Part shown: piece by piece, positions 1 through 9,553 of the stretch
Position numbering within the stretch: position 1 is the first letter of the stretch
How the letters are laid out: every line of letters starts with the position of its first letter
Source of the DNA: Candidatus Aldehydirespiratoraceae bacterium
GTDB lineage: Bacteria > Actinomycetota > Acidimicrobiia > Acidimicrobiales > Aldehydirespiratoraceae
Length of the DNA: 64,000 nt
Direction: 5' to 3'
Assembly: GCA_965214565.1 (NCBI GenBank)
Contig: OZ243951.1
Location: 2,740,888-2,804,887 of the forward strand
Position numbers and translations under genes: made by a program
The notes under the pieces: generated by a model
Databases searched by the model: none
What the model saw: only the letters and a program-made list of their open reading frames with translations
Told to the model about the DNA's origin: nothing

Positions 1-1
1 A

Positions 2-622
2 GTGGTCGCCCGCGCCTCGGTCAATGCGGCACTGACCGGCTTCGAGTGGGCTGTCGGAGTTCCCGGGTCAGTTGGGGGAGCAGTTCGAATGAACGCCGGG
101 GGGCACGGTGCTGAGATAAAGGACTCCCTGGTCGCTGCTGAGTTGGTCGACCTGCGCAACGGTTATCCGCTCAGCCGCTCCAACGAAGACTTGGTTTTCG
201 GATATCGCACTTCGTCGGTGAGAGCAACCGAGTTGGTGCTGGAGGCCCGCTTCGAGTTGAGTCCAGGAGCGGTCGCCGATGGCAGGTCCATGCTGGCAGA
301 GATCGTGGCGTGGCGGAGGACCAATCAACCAGGCGGCCAGAATGCGGGTTCGGTATTCACCAATCCCGTTGGTGACAGTGCCGGCAGGCTCATCGAGTTG
401 GCCGGGGCCAAAGGCCTGCGGATCGGTACCGCCGAGGTGTCACAGAAGCACGCGAACTTTATTCAAGCCGACGAGAACGGGCGTGCCGCCGACATCCTGT
501 CGTTGATGAGGGAGATGCAACGTCGGGTGTTGGAGAGTCATGGAGTCGAGCTCGTGCTCGAAACGCAACTGCTGGGCTTCGATGGCCTTGACGGCGACAC
601 CGACGAGGCCGACAGCCGATGA
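2..622 (+). CDS. murB: UDP-N-acetylenolpyruvoylglucosamine reductase, C-terminal part (5' end lies outside the window)
   Basis: The ORF is open to the window edge. It has the GGQNAGSVFTNP and QKHANFI motifs typical of the MurB C-terminal domain. Its stop overlaps the ftsQ ATG (ATGA), and the dcw-cluster context fits. Confidence 0.85.
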   Translation: MVARASVNAALTGFEWAVGVPGSVGGAVRMNAGGHGAEIKDSLVAAELVDLRNGYPLSRSNEDLVFGYRTSSVRATELVLEARFELSPGAVADGRSMLAEIVAWRRTNQPGGQNAGSVFTNPVGDSAGRLIELAGAKGLRIGTAEVSQKHANFIQADENGRAADILSLMREMQRRVLESHGVELVLETQLLGFDGLDGDTDEADSR

Positions 623-1434
623 CAACCGTCACCAAGATAGATCCCCGGCTCCGTGCCCGACGTGGTGCGGTTCGTCGAGCCGAAGGCAGGCGCCGATTGC
701 ACTTCATTCTCGTCGGCGTCGCGATCCTGGGACTGATATTCGCTGGTTGGGCGGCGCTCCGTTCGCCGTTGTTGGACCTCGACCATATCGAGATCAACGG
801 TCTCGGACCGTCGCGACTCACCGAGGTGTCACAAACCATCGGACTGGAGCGGGGCACTTCGCTCAAAGACATCGAACCGGCGCTGATCGAAGCCGATCTT
901 GAAGCACTCCCTTGGGTACTGCGTGCCGACGTTGAGAAGTCCTGGCCGAACACCGTGCGTGTCGAAGTGGTTGAACGCACCGCCGTGGCGAGGTTGGCCG
1001 GGCCCGCGGGTCGCGTCGTGGTTGTGGACGCGACGGGCACAGTGATGGCCGAGGGCGGGTCCGCATTCCAAGGACTGCCGCGGATCTCTTTGGCGAGCAG
1101 CGCTGAACTGGGCGCGGTCGAACCTGATGCGCTGCCTGGACTCGGGTTGATCGAGGTGCTTCCCGACGACCTTGCAAGGTGGGTTGAAGCGATCACCTAC
1201 AGGCGAGGCGCCTCTGAAGGGGCCAGGGGAGTGGTTGGGATCGATCTTGTCGGGGAGGCTGAGGCTCACCTCGGTGAACCCACGATGTTGAGCGACAAGG
1301 TTCAAGCCTTGAGATCGGTGCTCAACGGGGTCGACCTTACCTGTGTTCGCAATATTGATGTCGCTGTCCCCGATTTCCCGACGGTAAAGCGGGACCCGGT
1401 ATGTGCTGCCCTGGCTGGAATACAGAGTCGATGA
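619..1434 (+). CDS. ftsQ: Cell division protein FtsQ (single N-terminal TM segment plus POTRA-like region)
   Basis: It sits between murB and ftsZ. It has a basic N-terminus, then a hydrophobic segment (LHFILVGVAILGLIFAGWAAL), then a LDHIEINGL POTRA-type start. Confidence 0.8.
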   Translation: MTTVTKIDPRLRARRGAVRRAEGRRRLHFILVGVAILGLIFAGWAALRSPLLDLDHIEINGLGPSRLTEVSQTIGLERGTSLKDIEPALIEADLEALPWVLRADVEKSWPNTVRVEVVERTAVARLAGPAGRVVVVDATGTVMAEGGSAFQGLPRISLASSAELGAVEPDALPGLGLIEVLPDDLARWVEAITYRRGASEGARGVVGIDLVGEAEAHLGEPTMLSDKVQALRSVLNGVDLTCVRNIDVAVPDFPTVKRDPVCAALAGIQSR

Positions 1435-1617
1435 CAACCGCGGCTACCACAACACCCGGCGAGCACCGCGCGGACGCGCTTCGCGAGCCCGGCGCGAAAC
1501 TGGTCGACCGTCCGCGAAAATACGCGCTCTGTCGTATACCGTCATCGGTTGACCGTCAGCTGTTCGGTTCGATTCAGATTCATTTTTTTCGATTCAAGTT
1601 TTGAGGACAAATACGCG

Positions 1618-2721
1618 ATGTCTCATCCGCAGAATTATCTGGCCGTCATCAAGGTGATAGGCGTTGGCGGTGGGGGCGTCAACGCTGTCAATCGGATGAT
1701 CGACGCTGGATTGAAGGGCGTCGAGTTCATTGCCGCCAACACCGATGCACAAGCGCTGTTGATGAGCGATGCCGACGAGAAGATCGATATCGGCCGCGAC
1801 CTGACCCGCGGCCTCGGTGCGGGCAGTGACCCGGAAGTCGGCCGCCTGGCCGCAGAGGCACACCTCGACGAGATACGCGAGTCGATCCGTGGAGCCGACA
1901 TGGTTTTCATTACCGCGGGTAAAGGAGGCGGGACTGGAACCGGTGCTGCGCCAGTGATAGCGGAACTCGCCAAGTCGGAGGGATCCCTCACGATCGGGGT
2001 TGTCACCCGGCCCTTCGCCTTCGAGGGACGCCGCCGCTCGGTTCAGGCGGAGGCCGGGATCCAAAAGCTGAAGGAGAAGGTCGACACACTTATCGTCATT
2101 CCCAACGACCGCCTGCTCACGGTTTCCGACACCAACACTTCGGTGCTCAACGCCTTCAAGATGGCAGACGAGATCCTGCTGCAAGGCGTTCAGGGCATCA
2201 CCACGCTGATCACCACACCAGGTCTGATCAACACCGACTTCGCTGACGTTCGTACCATCATGACCGACGCGGGCAGTGCCCTGATGGGAATCGGCCACGG
2301 CACAGGTGAAGGCCGAGCGGTGTCCGCGGCGCGTGATGCCATCTCCAGCCCACTGCTTGAGGCCTCGATCGAGAACGCCCGTGGAATTCTGCTCAACGTC
2401 AGCGGTGGGCCCGACCTGGGTCTGCTGGAAGTCAACGAGGCGGCCGAGATCATTCACGCCGTCGCCCATCAAGACGCCAACATCATCTTCGGGACGGTTG
2501 TCGATGAAGAAATGGGTGATGACGTGAGGGTCACGGTCGTCGCCGCCGGGTTCGACCGCTGGGACGATTCGCGCCCGACTGCGCACCAACCGGTCGGACC
2601 GGCCGACGCCCACGCGTCCCAACCGACCGGCGACGTTCCGATTGCGGATGTCTTCGCCTCCTTCGGAGACGATGACCTCGATCTCGGAGACGAGTTCGAT
2701 GTCCCATCCTTCTTGAGGTAA
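1618..2721 (+). CDS. ftsZ: Cell division GTPase FtsZ
   Basis: It carries [15 protein letters not shown] and the tubulin signature [13 protein letters not shown], with a C-terminal DVPSFLR tail. I placed the start at ATG 1618 ([13 protein letters not shown]), not at the upstream in-frame ORF start. Confidence 0.97.
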   Translation: MSHPQNYLAVIKVIGVGGGGVNAVNRMIDAGLKGVEFIAANTDAQALLMSDADEKIDIGRDLTRGLGAGSDPEVGRLAAEAHLDEIRESIRGADMVFITAGKGGGTGTGAAPVIAELAKSEGSLTIGVVTRPFAFEGRRRSVQAEAGIQKLKEKVDTLIVIPNDRLLTVSDTNTSVLNAFKMADEILLQGVQGITTLITTPGLINTDFADVRTIMTDAGSALMGIGHGTGEGRAVSAARDAISSPLLEASIENARGILLNVSGGPDLGLLEVNEAAEIIHAVAHQDANIIFGTVVDEEMGDDVRVTVVAAGFDRWDDSRPTAHQPVGPADAHASQPTGDVPIADVFASFGDDDLDLGDEFDVPSFLR

Positions 2722-2729
2722 GGCGGCGC

Positions 2730-3428
2730 GTGATTGAGCGCACGCTTCCCGCCGGTCCCGACTACCTTGTGCGTGTGCGCTGCTCAGAGCGTTGCGACGG
2801 GGATTTCGCCATAGACAGCGACCCTGACGAACTGGCTCGGGTGCGTGCGCGCCTAGTCCAAGGCCAATGGACCTGGCTCCAACAGGTCCATGGTGCGAAC
2901 GTAGTCGTGGTAGATGAACCCGGTGCACAGCGCGGCGCGGTGGCGGACGGATGCGTGACCGGCTGTATCGATGCGCGGTTGTCGGTTCAAACGGCTGACT
3001 GCGCGCCGTTGGTGCTTGCTTCGCAGGGTCTTGTGGCGTTGGTGCACGCAGGCTGGCGAGGAATCGTGGAGGGAGTGATCACCGCAACGTCTGACCTGTT
3101 GGGTGAGCTCGGAGGTGGGGAGACCCACGCGTTGTTGGGTCCTTGCATCGCAGCTGCAAATTATGAGTTCGGTGTCGCCGAGTTGGATCTCGTGGCGTCA
3201 GTGGCGGGGGACTGCGTGCGCTCGGCCACAGCTGACGGTCATTCGGCTCTTGATCTGGCTGCGGCAGTCCGGACGCAATGCGAGGACGCAGGGGTCGCTT
3301 CTTTCTCAGTTGTAGGCCCTCGCCACAGCTCCGCGCCCTTCGACACCTCCGAGGACCGCTGGTACTCCCACCGCTGTCGTGGCGAACAACAGCGTCAGGC
3401 AACGGTGGCCTGGCTGGAGAGGCGATGA
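2730..3428 (+). CDS. pgeF: PgeF/YfiH family (laccase-domain / purine nucleoside phosphorylase-like) protein
   Basis: HAGWRG motif and C-terminal WYSHR motif. It holds the conserved position after ftsZ. GTG start. Confidence 0.8.
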   Translation: MIERTLPAGPDYLVRVRCSERCDGDFAIDSDPDELARVRARLVQGQWTWLQQVHGANVVVVDEPGAQRGAVADGCVTGCIDARLSVQTADCAPLVLASQGLVALVHAGWRGIVEGVITATSDLLGELGGGETHALLGPCIAAANYEFGVAELDLVASVAGDCVRSATADGHSALDLAAAVRTQCEDAGVASFSVVGPRHSSAPFDTSEDRWYSHRCRGEQQRQATVAWLERR

Positions 3429-4084
3429 CCGACGCAGATTCGATTCAGCGACGGCTGACGCAGGTCCGTGAGCGTATCTCGGCCGCGGGCGGGCAAAACG
3501 TTAGGATTGTGGCCGTCACCAAGGGCCACAGCATCGAGACGATGCAGTCCGCGATCGCTGCGGGGTGTAGCGACGTTGCGGAGAGCTATGCACAAGAGTT
3601 GCTGCACAAGAATCAAGCGCTGCACAAACACGGTCGGACTCGAGCTCAGGTCCATTTCGTCGGAGGTCTGCAACGCAACAAGATTCGTAGGCTGGTCTCG
3701 ATCGTCGACGTCTGGCAGTCCATTGACCGGTTTGAACTCGGCGAGGAACTGGCAAGGCGCTGCCCTTCTGCCGAAGCGATGGTCCAGGTGAACCTCTCTG
3801 GCGATGAGCACAGACGAGGGTGCGGGCCCTCGGCGGCCCCCGAACTGGTGCAACGGTTGCAAGGACTGGGACTCAACGTTGTCGGACTGATGGGAATCGG
3901 CCCGATGGGCCAACCAGAGGATGCTCGCAGAGTTTTTGCCCTGCTCCGTGGACTGGTCGATCAACTCGGCCTTGTCGAGTGTTCGATGGGGATGACCGCA
4001 GACCTCGAGGTCGCGGTGCAGGAGGGTTCCACAATGGTTCGGATAGGTACGGGCCTCTTCGGTCCACGCCCACAACAAAATTAG
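3425..4084 (+). CDS. yggS: YggS family pyridoxal-phosphate-binding protein
   Basis: VAVTKGH (PLP lysine), HFVGGLQRNK and MGMTADL motifs. ATG 3425 overlaps the pgeF stop (ATGA). Confidence 0.85.
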   Translation: MTDADSIQRRLTQVRERISAAGGQNVRIVAVTKGHSIETMQSAIAAGCSDVAESYAQELLHKNQALHKHGRTRAQVHFVGGLQRNKIRRLVSIVDVWQSIDRFELGEELARRCPSAEAMVQVNLSGDEHRRGCGPSAAPELVQRLQGLGLNVVGLMGIGPMGQPEDARRVFALLRGLVDQLGLVECSMGMTADLEVAVQEGSTMVRIGTGLFGPRPQQN

Positions 4085-4227
4085 AGAACTGATCCACTAT
4101 GCGGTGTTGTCGTGCTGATGGGCTGCTGTTCAATCCAGCGACTCGTCTGCCCGCCCCCGCTTAATCAGTCGTAATGATGCACCAGCGCGTGTCGTAGCGC
4201 TACATTTGCATGGGAAGGCAGGTGTTG

Positions 4228-4827
4228 ATGATGCTGAAGAAGGCGCTGTTCTACCTGGGACTCGGGTCCGACGAGGAATATGAGCAATACGACGACCGGG
4301 TCGCGGGCGGAGGATTCCCCGGCGGTGGAGACGCAGCCCCCGGCGGTCCGTCGAACGTACCCGACACCAGACGAGGTCCCGGAAGTGCAACGGTGCGCCC
4401 GATCATGCCTTCGGGCACCTCCGACGCGACTGTTCGCCCGATCGCTCCGGTTGATGATTCGTTCCGCGGGAGTGGAACCGGTGGGCGGGTGCACTCGCCC
4501 GAGGCAGGGGAGTCAGCGGTTCGAATCGTGGACGACCCGCCGACTCGGCCCTCGACGGCGAATCCCCATACGGCTTCGCCGACGATCTTCGAAGAGGCCC
4601 CGCGTATCGGTGAGCGGCTCAAAGCGGGTCAGCCGGTGATACTGAACCTTCAGAACGCGGAGCGGAACATTCGACGTCGGCTTCTCGACTTCGCGAGCGG
4701 GGCGTGTTACGCCCTCGAGGGAAGGATGGAGCGGGTGGCCGATCAGGTGTTCCTGATAACGCCACCAGACGTCACGGTGCGTGGGATCGAGGACCCGGAA
4801 TCGACTAGTGCGGGTGTCCCCGAATAG
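4228..4827 (+). CDS. sepF: Cell division protein SepF
   Basis: It has the N-terminal MLKKALFYLGL membrane-targeting helix, a Pro/Gly-rich linker, and a C-terminal core (PRIGERLKAGQPVILNL...RRLLDFASG...VFLITP). A GGAAGG Shine-Dalgarno (SD) sequence precedes ATG 4228/4231. The ORF also extends upstream to 4210. Confidence 0.85.
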   Translation: MMLKKALFYLGLGSDEEYEQYDDRVAGGGFPGGGDAAPGGPSNVPDTRRGPGSATVRPIMPSGTSDATVRPIAPVDDSFRGSGTGGRVHSPEAGESAVRIVDDPPTRPSTANPHTASPTIFEEAPRIGERLKAGQPVILNLQNAERNIRRRLLDFASGACYALEGRMERVADQVFLITPPDVTVRGIEDPESTSAGVPE

Positions 4828-4855
4828 GACATTGTGCTGTTCTACAATTTGAGGC

Positions 4856-6082
4856 ATGGACGGATTGTCTCCCCTTTTTGAGCAGGTCAGATTTGGCGAG
4901 AGTTGGAGGGGTTACGATCCCAGGGAAGTTGACGCGTACATTGAGCGGGTCGAAAAGGCATCGGTCTGGGCACGGGGCAGAATTGAGACACTCACCGAGC
5001 GTGTTGAGACTGAATCAGCACGCGCAGACGAATCCGTCGATCCAGACCCCGAGACTTCGGCAGCCGAAGAGGCCGCCAAGGCGCAAGAACTCGCACGAGC
5101 GCTTGCTTCGGCCCAAGACACCGCGCACGACGTAATAGAAAAAGCTGGTGAACAGGCAAAGCAGATGGTAGCTGAGGCCGAGGGCCGGGTGGAGGCCATG
5201 ATCGCCGGTGCGAATGCGGAGGGAACACGGATTCGGCACGAAGCCGACGAGTATGCCGCTTCCACCTTTGCCGACGTCGAGAATCTGGCCAAGGAACGTG
5301 AAGCCGCCGCGGCGACCGCCGAGCGCGAACAGCATCGCTCAGCGATCACCGAGTTGGCCGCCGAACGCGCCCGACTCCAAGAAGATCTGGAGTTGTTCGA
5401 GCGCCATGTTGCCGAGAGGCGCCAAGAGGTCGAGAGTTCGTTGTCGAGACTGGTCGAGGTCGTCGAGTCGGCAGAGATCTTCCGAACCGTGCAAGCGCCA
5501 TTGAATGGGCACCCCGAGTCGGTCGTTGCCGACACGGATTCCGGAGAGGCGAGCGGCGCCGCCGAATTCGAGGTCGGAGCGGGTGAGCGTGCCGAGCTCG
5601 ATGGCGACGACTCACTCAAGTTCGATTCAATCAAGCCCCGAGACGAGACCACCGACAGCATTGCGTGCGAATCCGACGACATCCTCAGTTTGGATGCATC
5701 CGCCGTGTTTGATGACGAGATCGATTCGCTGCTCAGCGTGACGCCGATCGACACCCCTGGTGCTGCTCTTGGCGAGTCCATCGAGACGCCCCATGGACAA
5801 CCGAGGTTTGTGACCGTTGAAGATCTCGTGGAGCGGACTGCTTTCGACGACGGACCTAAGCCGCTGGTAGGAGAGGATGCTTTGGCGCGCTCGCAGTTGT
5901 TCTACGAGACTGAGCTGTCCTCCGCTGCGGCCGACAGACGCGAGGAGGAGCCTTTTCTCGCTCAACTCCGGGAAGCTGCCTCGAGAGACAACATTCGAAC
6001 GGACACAGATGACGCTCTGTCAGCGTTCTTCAACCAGGACGAGGATCAACGAAGGTCGCCCTGGTTCTTGGGCGGCCGTTGA
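4856..6082 (+). CDS. divIVA: DivIVA-domain protein (long, acidic coiled-coil C-terminus)
   Basis: The N-terminus FGESWRGYDPREVDAYIERV is the DivIVA lipid-binding domain signature. It follows sepF directly. Confidence 0.8.
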   Translation: MDGLSPLFEQVRFGESWRGYDPREVDAYIERVEKASVWARGRIETLTERVETESARADESVDPDPETSAAEEAAKAQELARALASAQDTAHDVIEKAGEQAKQMVAEAEGRVEAMIAGANAEGTRIRHEADEYAASTFADVENLAKEREAAAATAEREQHRSAITELAAERARLQEDLELFERHVAERRQEVESSLSRLVEVVESAEIFRTVQAPLNGHPESVVADTDSGEASGAAEFEVGAGERAELDGDDSLKFDSIKPRDETTDSIACESDDILSLDASAVFDDEIDSLLSVTPIDTPGAALGESIETPHGQPRFVTVEDLVERTAFDDGPKPLVGEDALARSQLFYETELSSAAADRREEEPFLAQLREAASRDNIRTDTDDALSAFFNQDEDQRRSPWFLGGR

Positions 6083-6105
6083 TCTGGTCACGGTTGATCT
6101 GGTCA
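6078..6105. repeat. Direct repeat GTTGATCTGGTCA x2 (15-bp period) spanning the divIVA stop
   Basis: The copies at 6078-6090 and 6093-6105 are identical. They lie about 75 bp upstream of the next gene. Confidence 0.6.
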
Positions 6106-6179
6106 ATGGCAGCATCGGGTACACTGCGGGCCGGACTGGGGCGGTTATGCGTCGGTCACAGGTGTGAAGGACCGGCAGT

Positions 6180-6887
6180 ATGGCCACGACAAAGAAGAGT
6201 GCGGCTAGCGCGGCGAAAAAAACTACTGCGAAGAAGGCTGCGGCGGACTCGAAGCGAAAGCGCACTGCCGGCAAGGCTGTGACGGCCGAATCGGCGACGG
6301 ACGGTACTGCGGCAATGAAGAGCAGGACCAAGAAGTCCCCGGCGAAGAAACGAACCGTCAAGAAGGCCGCGGCCAAGCGCACGGCCAAGAATCCCCCGGT
6401 GAAAGCTGCGGCGATGAAGAGTACGAAGAAGAGGGCTGCGGCCAAGAAGACCTCGGCAGCCAAGCAAACGGCCAAGAAGCGGACCGCAAAGAAGACTCCT
6501 GCCAAGAAGTCACCTTTCGGCAAGAGGTTCAACGACGAAATGAAGAAACGACTGCTCGCAGAACGGGCCAAGTACCTCCACTCTGAAGAGATCTATCGGG
6601 CCGAGGCCGAGGCGCTGATCGAGGGTCGCGAACCGGGCGACGTCCAGTTCGACGAAGAGGGCGGCGAAGGCGACACCCTCGCTGTGGAACGCGAACGTGA
6701 CCTCGCATTGTCGGCACAGGCAAGAGTCGCGGTTGAACAGATCGATGCCGCGTTGGAACGAATCGCTGCTGGGACCTATGGCATTTGTGTCGTCTCCGGC
6801 CTGCGGATTCCACAGGAACGGCTCCGGGCGATTCCCTGGGCCGCCGAACGTGTCGAATACAAGGTCGGCAGCCTTGGGCGACGCTGA
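6180..6887 (+). CDS. Bipartite protein: Lys/Ala-rich histone-H1-like N-terminal half plus a DksA/TraR-like C-terminal domain
   Basis: The N-terminal ~115 aa are AKK/KKA repeats. The C-terminus (EGGEGDTLAVERERDLALS...IDAALERIAAGTYGIC...RLRAIPWA) matches the DksA/TraR coiled coil and finger region. This architecture is the one described for Streptomyces DdbA. Confidence 0.7.
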   Translation: MATTKKSAASAAKKTTAKKAAADSKRKRTAGKAVTAESATDGTAAMKSRTKKSPAKKRTVKKAAAKRTAKNPPVKAAAMKSTKKRAAAKKTSAAKQTAKKRTAKKTPAKKSPFGKRFNDEMKKRLLAERAKYLHSEEIYRAEAEALIEGREPGDVQFDEEGGEGDTLAVERERDLALSAQARVAVEQIDAALERIAAGTYGICVVSGLRIPQERLRAIPWAAERVEYKVGSLGRR

Positions 6888-6906
6888 GCAGAGCGGGTGA
6901 ACCGCT

Positions 6907-7836
6907 TTGTCCGATCAGCGCGTCATTTCAGAAGAGATCCCCGAAGCGTTGACCGATGAACGGCTTGACCGAGTCATTGCGTTGATGGCTGAGGTGAGTC
7001 GCTCCGTCGCTGCTCGGATGATTGCCGAGGGCTCGGTGACCGTCGATGGAGTGACTGCGAGATCAGGCTCGCTCCGCGTCTTTACGGGCAGCACGATCGA
7101 AGCGGTGCGCCCCGCTCCGTGCGATCCGAGGCCCGCTGCGGACCCGGAGGTGGAGTTCGCTGTCGTATATGAGGACCCTGACATTGTCGTTGTGGACAAA
7201 CCGGTTGGCCTCGTCGTTCATCCCGGCGCGGGACATGTTGAGAGGACTCTGGTCAACGGCCTTGTAGCCCGCTACCCGGAGACGGCGAATGTCGGTGAAG
7301 CGCACAGGCCGGGGATCGTACATCGACTCGATCGCACGACGTCTGGTCTGCTTGTTGTTGCCCGCAGTCCCGAGGCCTACCAGGGCCTCGTTGCTCAGAT
7401 GTCGGCTCACGAACCTGAACGGACCTACCAAGCGCTGGCCTGGGGCCTCCTGGAGAACGATCAAGGTACGATAGATGCTCCGATCGGGCGATCACCGAGA
7501 CATCCGACGCGGATGTCGGTGACCGACCGCGGGCGTAGGGCACTCACCCGCTACGAGGTCCTCGAACGTTTCATCGAACCACGGGAGACGTCGTTGCTGT
7601 CGTGTCGGCTCGAGACGGGACGGACCCACCAGATTCGGGTGCACCTGCGAGCCATTGGTCATCCCGTCGTCGGTGACCGGGCGTACGACGGAGGCAGACC
7701 GGGCATCGATCTGGACCGGCCGTTCCTGCACGCATGCGCACTTCGTTTTCGTCATCCGGTCACCAACGAACGTCTCGAACTGGAGTCGGAGCTTCCCGAT
7801 GATCTTGCCGCCGTCCTGGCGCTCTGCTCCCCATGA
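6907..7836 (+). CDS. rluD: RluA-family 23S rRNA pseudouridine synthase (RluD-like) with an N-terminal S4 domain
   Basis: HRLDRTTSGLLVVA catalytic motif and a GRTHQIRVH motif. TTG start. Confidence 0.85.
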   Translation: MSDQRVISEEIPEALTDERLDRVIALMAEVSRSVAARMIAEGSVTVDGVTARSGSLRVFTGSTIEAVRPAPCDPRPAADPEVEFAVVYEDPDIVVVDKPVGLVVHPGAGHVERTLVNGLVARYPETANVGEAHRPGIVHRLDRTTSGLLVVARSPEAYQGLVAQMSAHEPERTYQALAWGLLENDQGTIDAPIGRSPRHPTRMSVTDRGRRALTRYEVLERFIEPRETSLLSCRLETGRTHQIRVHLRAIGHPVVGDRAYDGGRPGIDLDRPFLHACALRFRHPVTNERLELESELPDDLAAVLALCSP

Positions 7837-7908
7837 GCAGATCCGAGGATTGCCTGAGCACACCCGAGGATTGAACGGTGAGCTGTTTGGGGCCAGTTCG
7901 TTGGGCCT

Positions 7909-8355
7909 CTAGAGCTCCTCAGGGACGGGCCATGGGGCTTGGCCCCGAGACATTGCCGCAATATCGGCCAGGGTGAACGAATCGAGGAAGTCACGCATGT
8001 GTGTCCCGGCTGCACCCCAGATGCTGAGCAGGACACACTGCCCCTCATGGTCGCAGGCTCCGTCGGTGTGAGGTTCTGAGAAGTCGCCCGCGGTGATCGG
8101 TCCGTCAACGGCTCGAACTATCTCCGACAGTCGAATCTCGCTCGGGTCCCGGGTCAGGACGTAGCCGCCGCCTACTCCCCGCTTCGAGCGAACGATCCCC
8201 GCCCCCTTCACCGCTAGCAGGATCTGTTCAAGGTAGGGCTGGGGGAGAGCAGTGCGTTCGGCGATCTCGCGTACCGACGTGGGCGCTTCCTCGGTGTGCA
8301 GTGCCAAGGAGAGCAGCGCGCGGGCGGCGTAGTCACCTCTGGTCGAGACTCTCAT
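7909..8355 (-). CDS. Rrf2 family transcriptional regulator
   Basis: MRVSTRGDYAARALLSLA...SVREIAERTALPQPYLEQIL...GGGYVLTR is a textbook Rrf2 winged helix-turn-helix (wHTH). The start is at the internal ATG (8355); the longer upstream ORF extension looks non-coding. Confidence 0.85.
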   Translation of the reverse strand: MRVSTRGDYAARALLSLALHTEEAPTSVREIAERTALPQPYLEQILLAVKGAGIVRSKRGVGGGYVLTRDPSEIRLSEIVRAVDGPITAGDFSEPHTDGACDHEGQCVLLSIWGAAGTHMRDFLDSFTLADIAAMSRGQAPWPVPEEL

Positions 8356-8446
8356 GGTCCAGAGCCTACGTGACTGTCGCCGGCTCGGCAGAGTTGTAGA
8401 GTCACTGCGGAGCGACGCGAGCAGAACTTCCGGAGGACTTGAGCGA

Positions 8447-9550
8447 ATGCACGACCCCGATCCGATGCTGCCCGCCTTCGGCGGAGACTGTATAACAGAC
8501 CTAGTGCCAGCACTCCTCGGAGTGACGGCACCACCACAGTCGCTGCTCGATGAAGCGGTGCTCGACAGTTTCGCAGTGGTGATGCTGGTCCTCGACGGCC
8601 TCGGCTGGAACCAGTTGCAGCAACGAGCGCATCTGGCACCGACTCTGATGTCGATGAAGCAGCGCAGCGCCACCACGGTGGCCCCGTCTACAACGGCAAC
8701 GGCGCTCACCTCGCTGGTGACTGGAACGCCTCCAGGTCGCCACGGGGTGGTCGGGTATCGGATCAAGGTCGACGGAGAAGTGCTGAATACCCTGCGGTGG
8801 AGCACACCGAGCGGCGATGCTCGCAAACGTATTGTGCCCGGCGAGTTCCAACCTGAACCGGCTTTCTGTGGTCAGCGGCCAGTGGTCGTACAGAATGCCG
8901 AGTTCCTTCACAGCGGGTTCACGATGGCACACCTCGCGGACGTGAGGCACCGCGGCTGGGAGACGATGCCAGCGATAGCGGTCCAGGTGCGTCAGGCAAT
9001 CGCCTCTGGGGAACCCTTCGTCTATGCTTACTACGACGGCATCGACAAGTCGGCCCACCTTCGGGGATTCGGCGAGTTCTACGACGCTGAACTGGTTGCC
9101 TGCGACAAGTTGGTGGCCGATCTGATGATGGCGCTGCCGCGCGGCACAGCCATTGTCGTGACCGCCGATCACGGACTGGTCGATTGTCAGGGTGCCGCCA
9201 CCGCGTTCGCCCCCGAGGTGAGCGCCCATGTGCGTTCCCAGAGCGGCGAGGCCCGCTTTCGTTGGCTGCACGCCGAGCGCGGCCGACAAGCCGATCTCTT
9301 CGCCGCGGCAGCAGCCGCACATTCTGACCGGGCCTGGGTGCATACCGCCGAGGAGATGATCGATGAAGGCTGGTTCGGCCCTGAAGTGACCGACGCGGCT
9401 CGATCCAGGCTCGGCGATGTGGCTGTTGTAGCCAAGGATCGTTGGTATTTCACCGATTCGGTCGACAACCCGAGGACCGAGTTGATCGGCCGTCATGGAT
9501 CGTTGACACCCGACGAGATGCTCATCCCCGTTCTAAGCTTTACCAGCTGA
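8447..9550 (+). CDS. Alkaline-phosphatase-superfamily protein (nucleotide pyrophosphatase/phosphodiesterase-like)
   Basis: LDGLGWNQL, TTATALTSLVTGTPPGRHG (nucleophile Thr region), DGIDKSAH and VVTADHG motifs. The start at ATG 8447 is my choice among in-frame options. Confidence 0.7.
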   Translation: MHDPDPMLPAFGGDCITDLVPALLGVTAPPQSLLDEAVLDSFAVVMLVLDGLGWNQLQQRAHLAPTLMSMKQRSATTVAPSTTATALTSLVTGTPPGRHGVVGYRIKVDGEVLNTLRWSTPSGDARKRIVPGEFQPEPAFCGQRPVVVQNAEFLHSGFTMAHLADVRHRGWETMPAIAVQVRQAIASGEPFVYAYYDGIDKSAHLRGFGEFYDAELVACDKLVADLMMALPRGTAIVVTADHGLVDCQGAATAFAPEVSAHVRSQSGEARFRWLHAERGRQADLFAAAAAAHSDRAWVHTAEEMIDEGWFGPEVTDAARSRLGDVAVVAKDRWYFTDSVDNPRTELIGRHGSLTPDEMLIPVLSFTS

Positions 9551-9553
9551 CCG

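Noticed and set aside
1594-2928. 444-aa ORF on the minus strand, antisense to ftsZ
   Set aside because: This is a typical high-GC shadow ORF. The opposite strand encodes an unmistakable FtsZ, and the antisense translation is Arg/Gly/Val-rich with no family features.
8447-9550. Alkaline-phosphatase-fold protein considered as a possible PglZ (BREX/DISARM-type) defence component
   Set aside because: There is no methyltransferase, ATPase, Lon-like or other BREX gene nearby. The composition is host-like and the context is housekeeping (Rrf2 regulator, bpa, dnaE).
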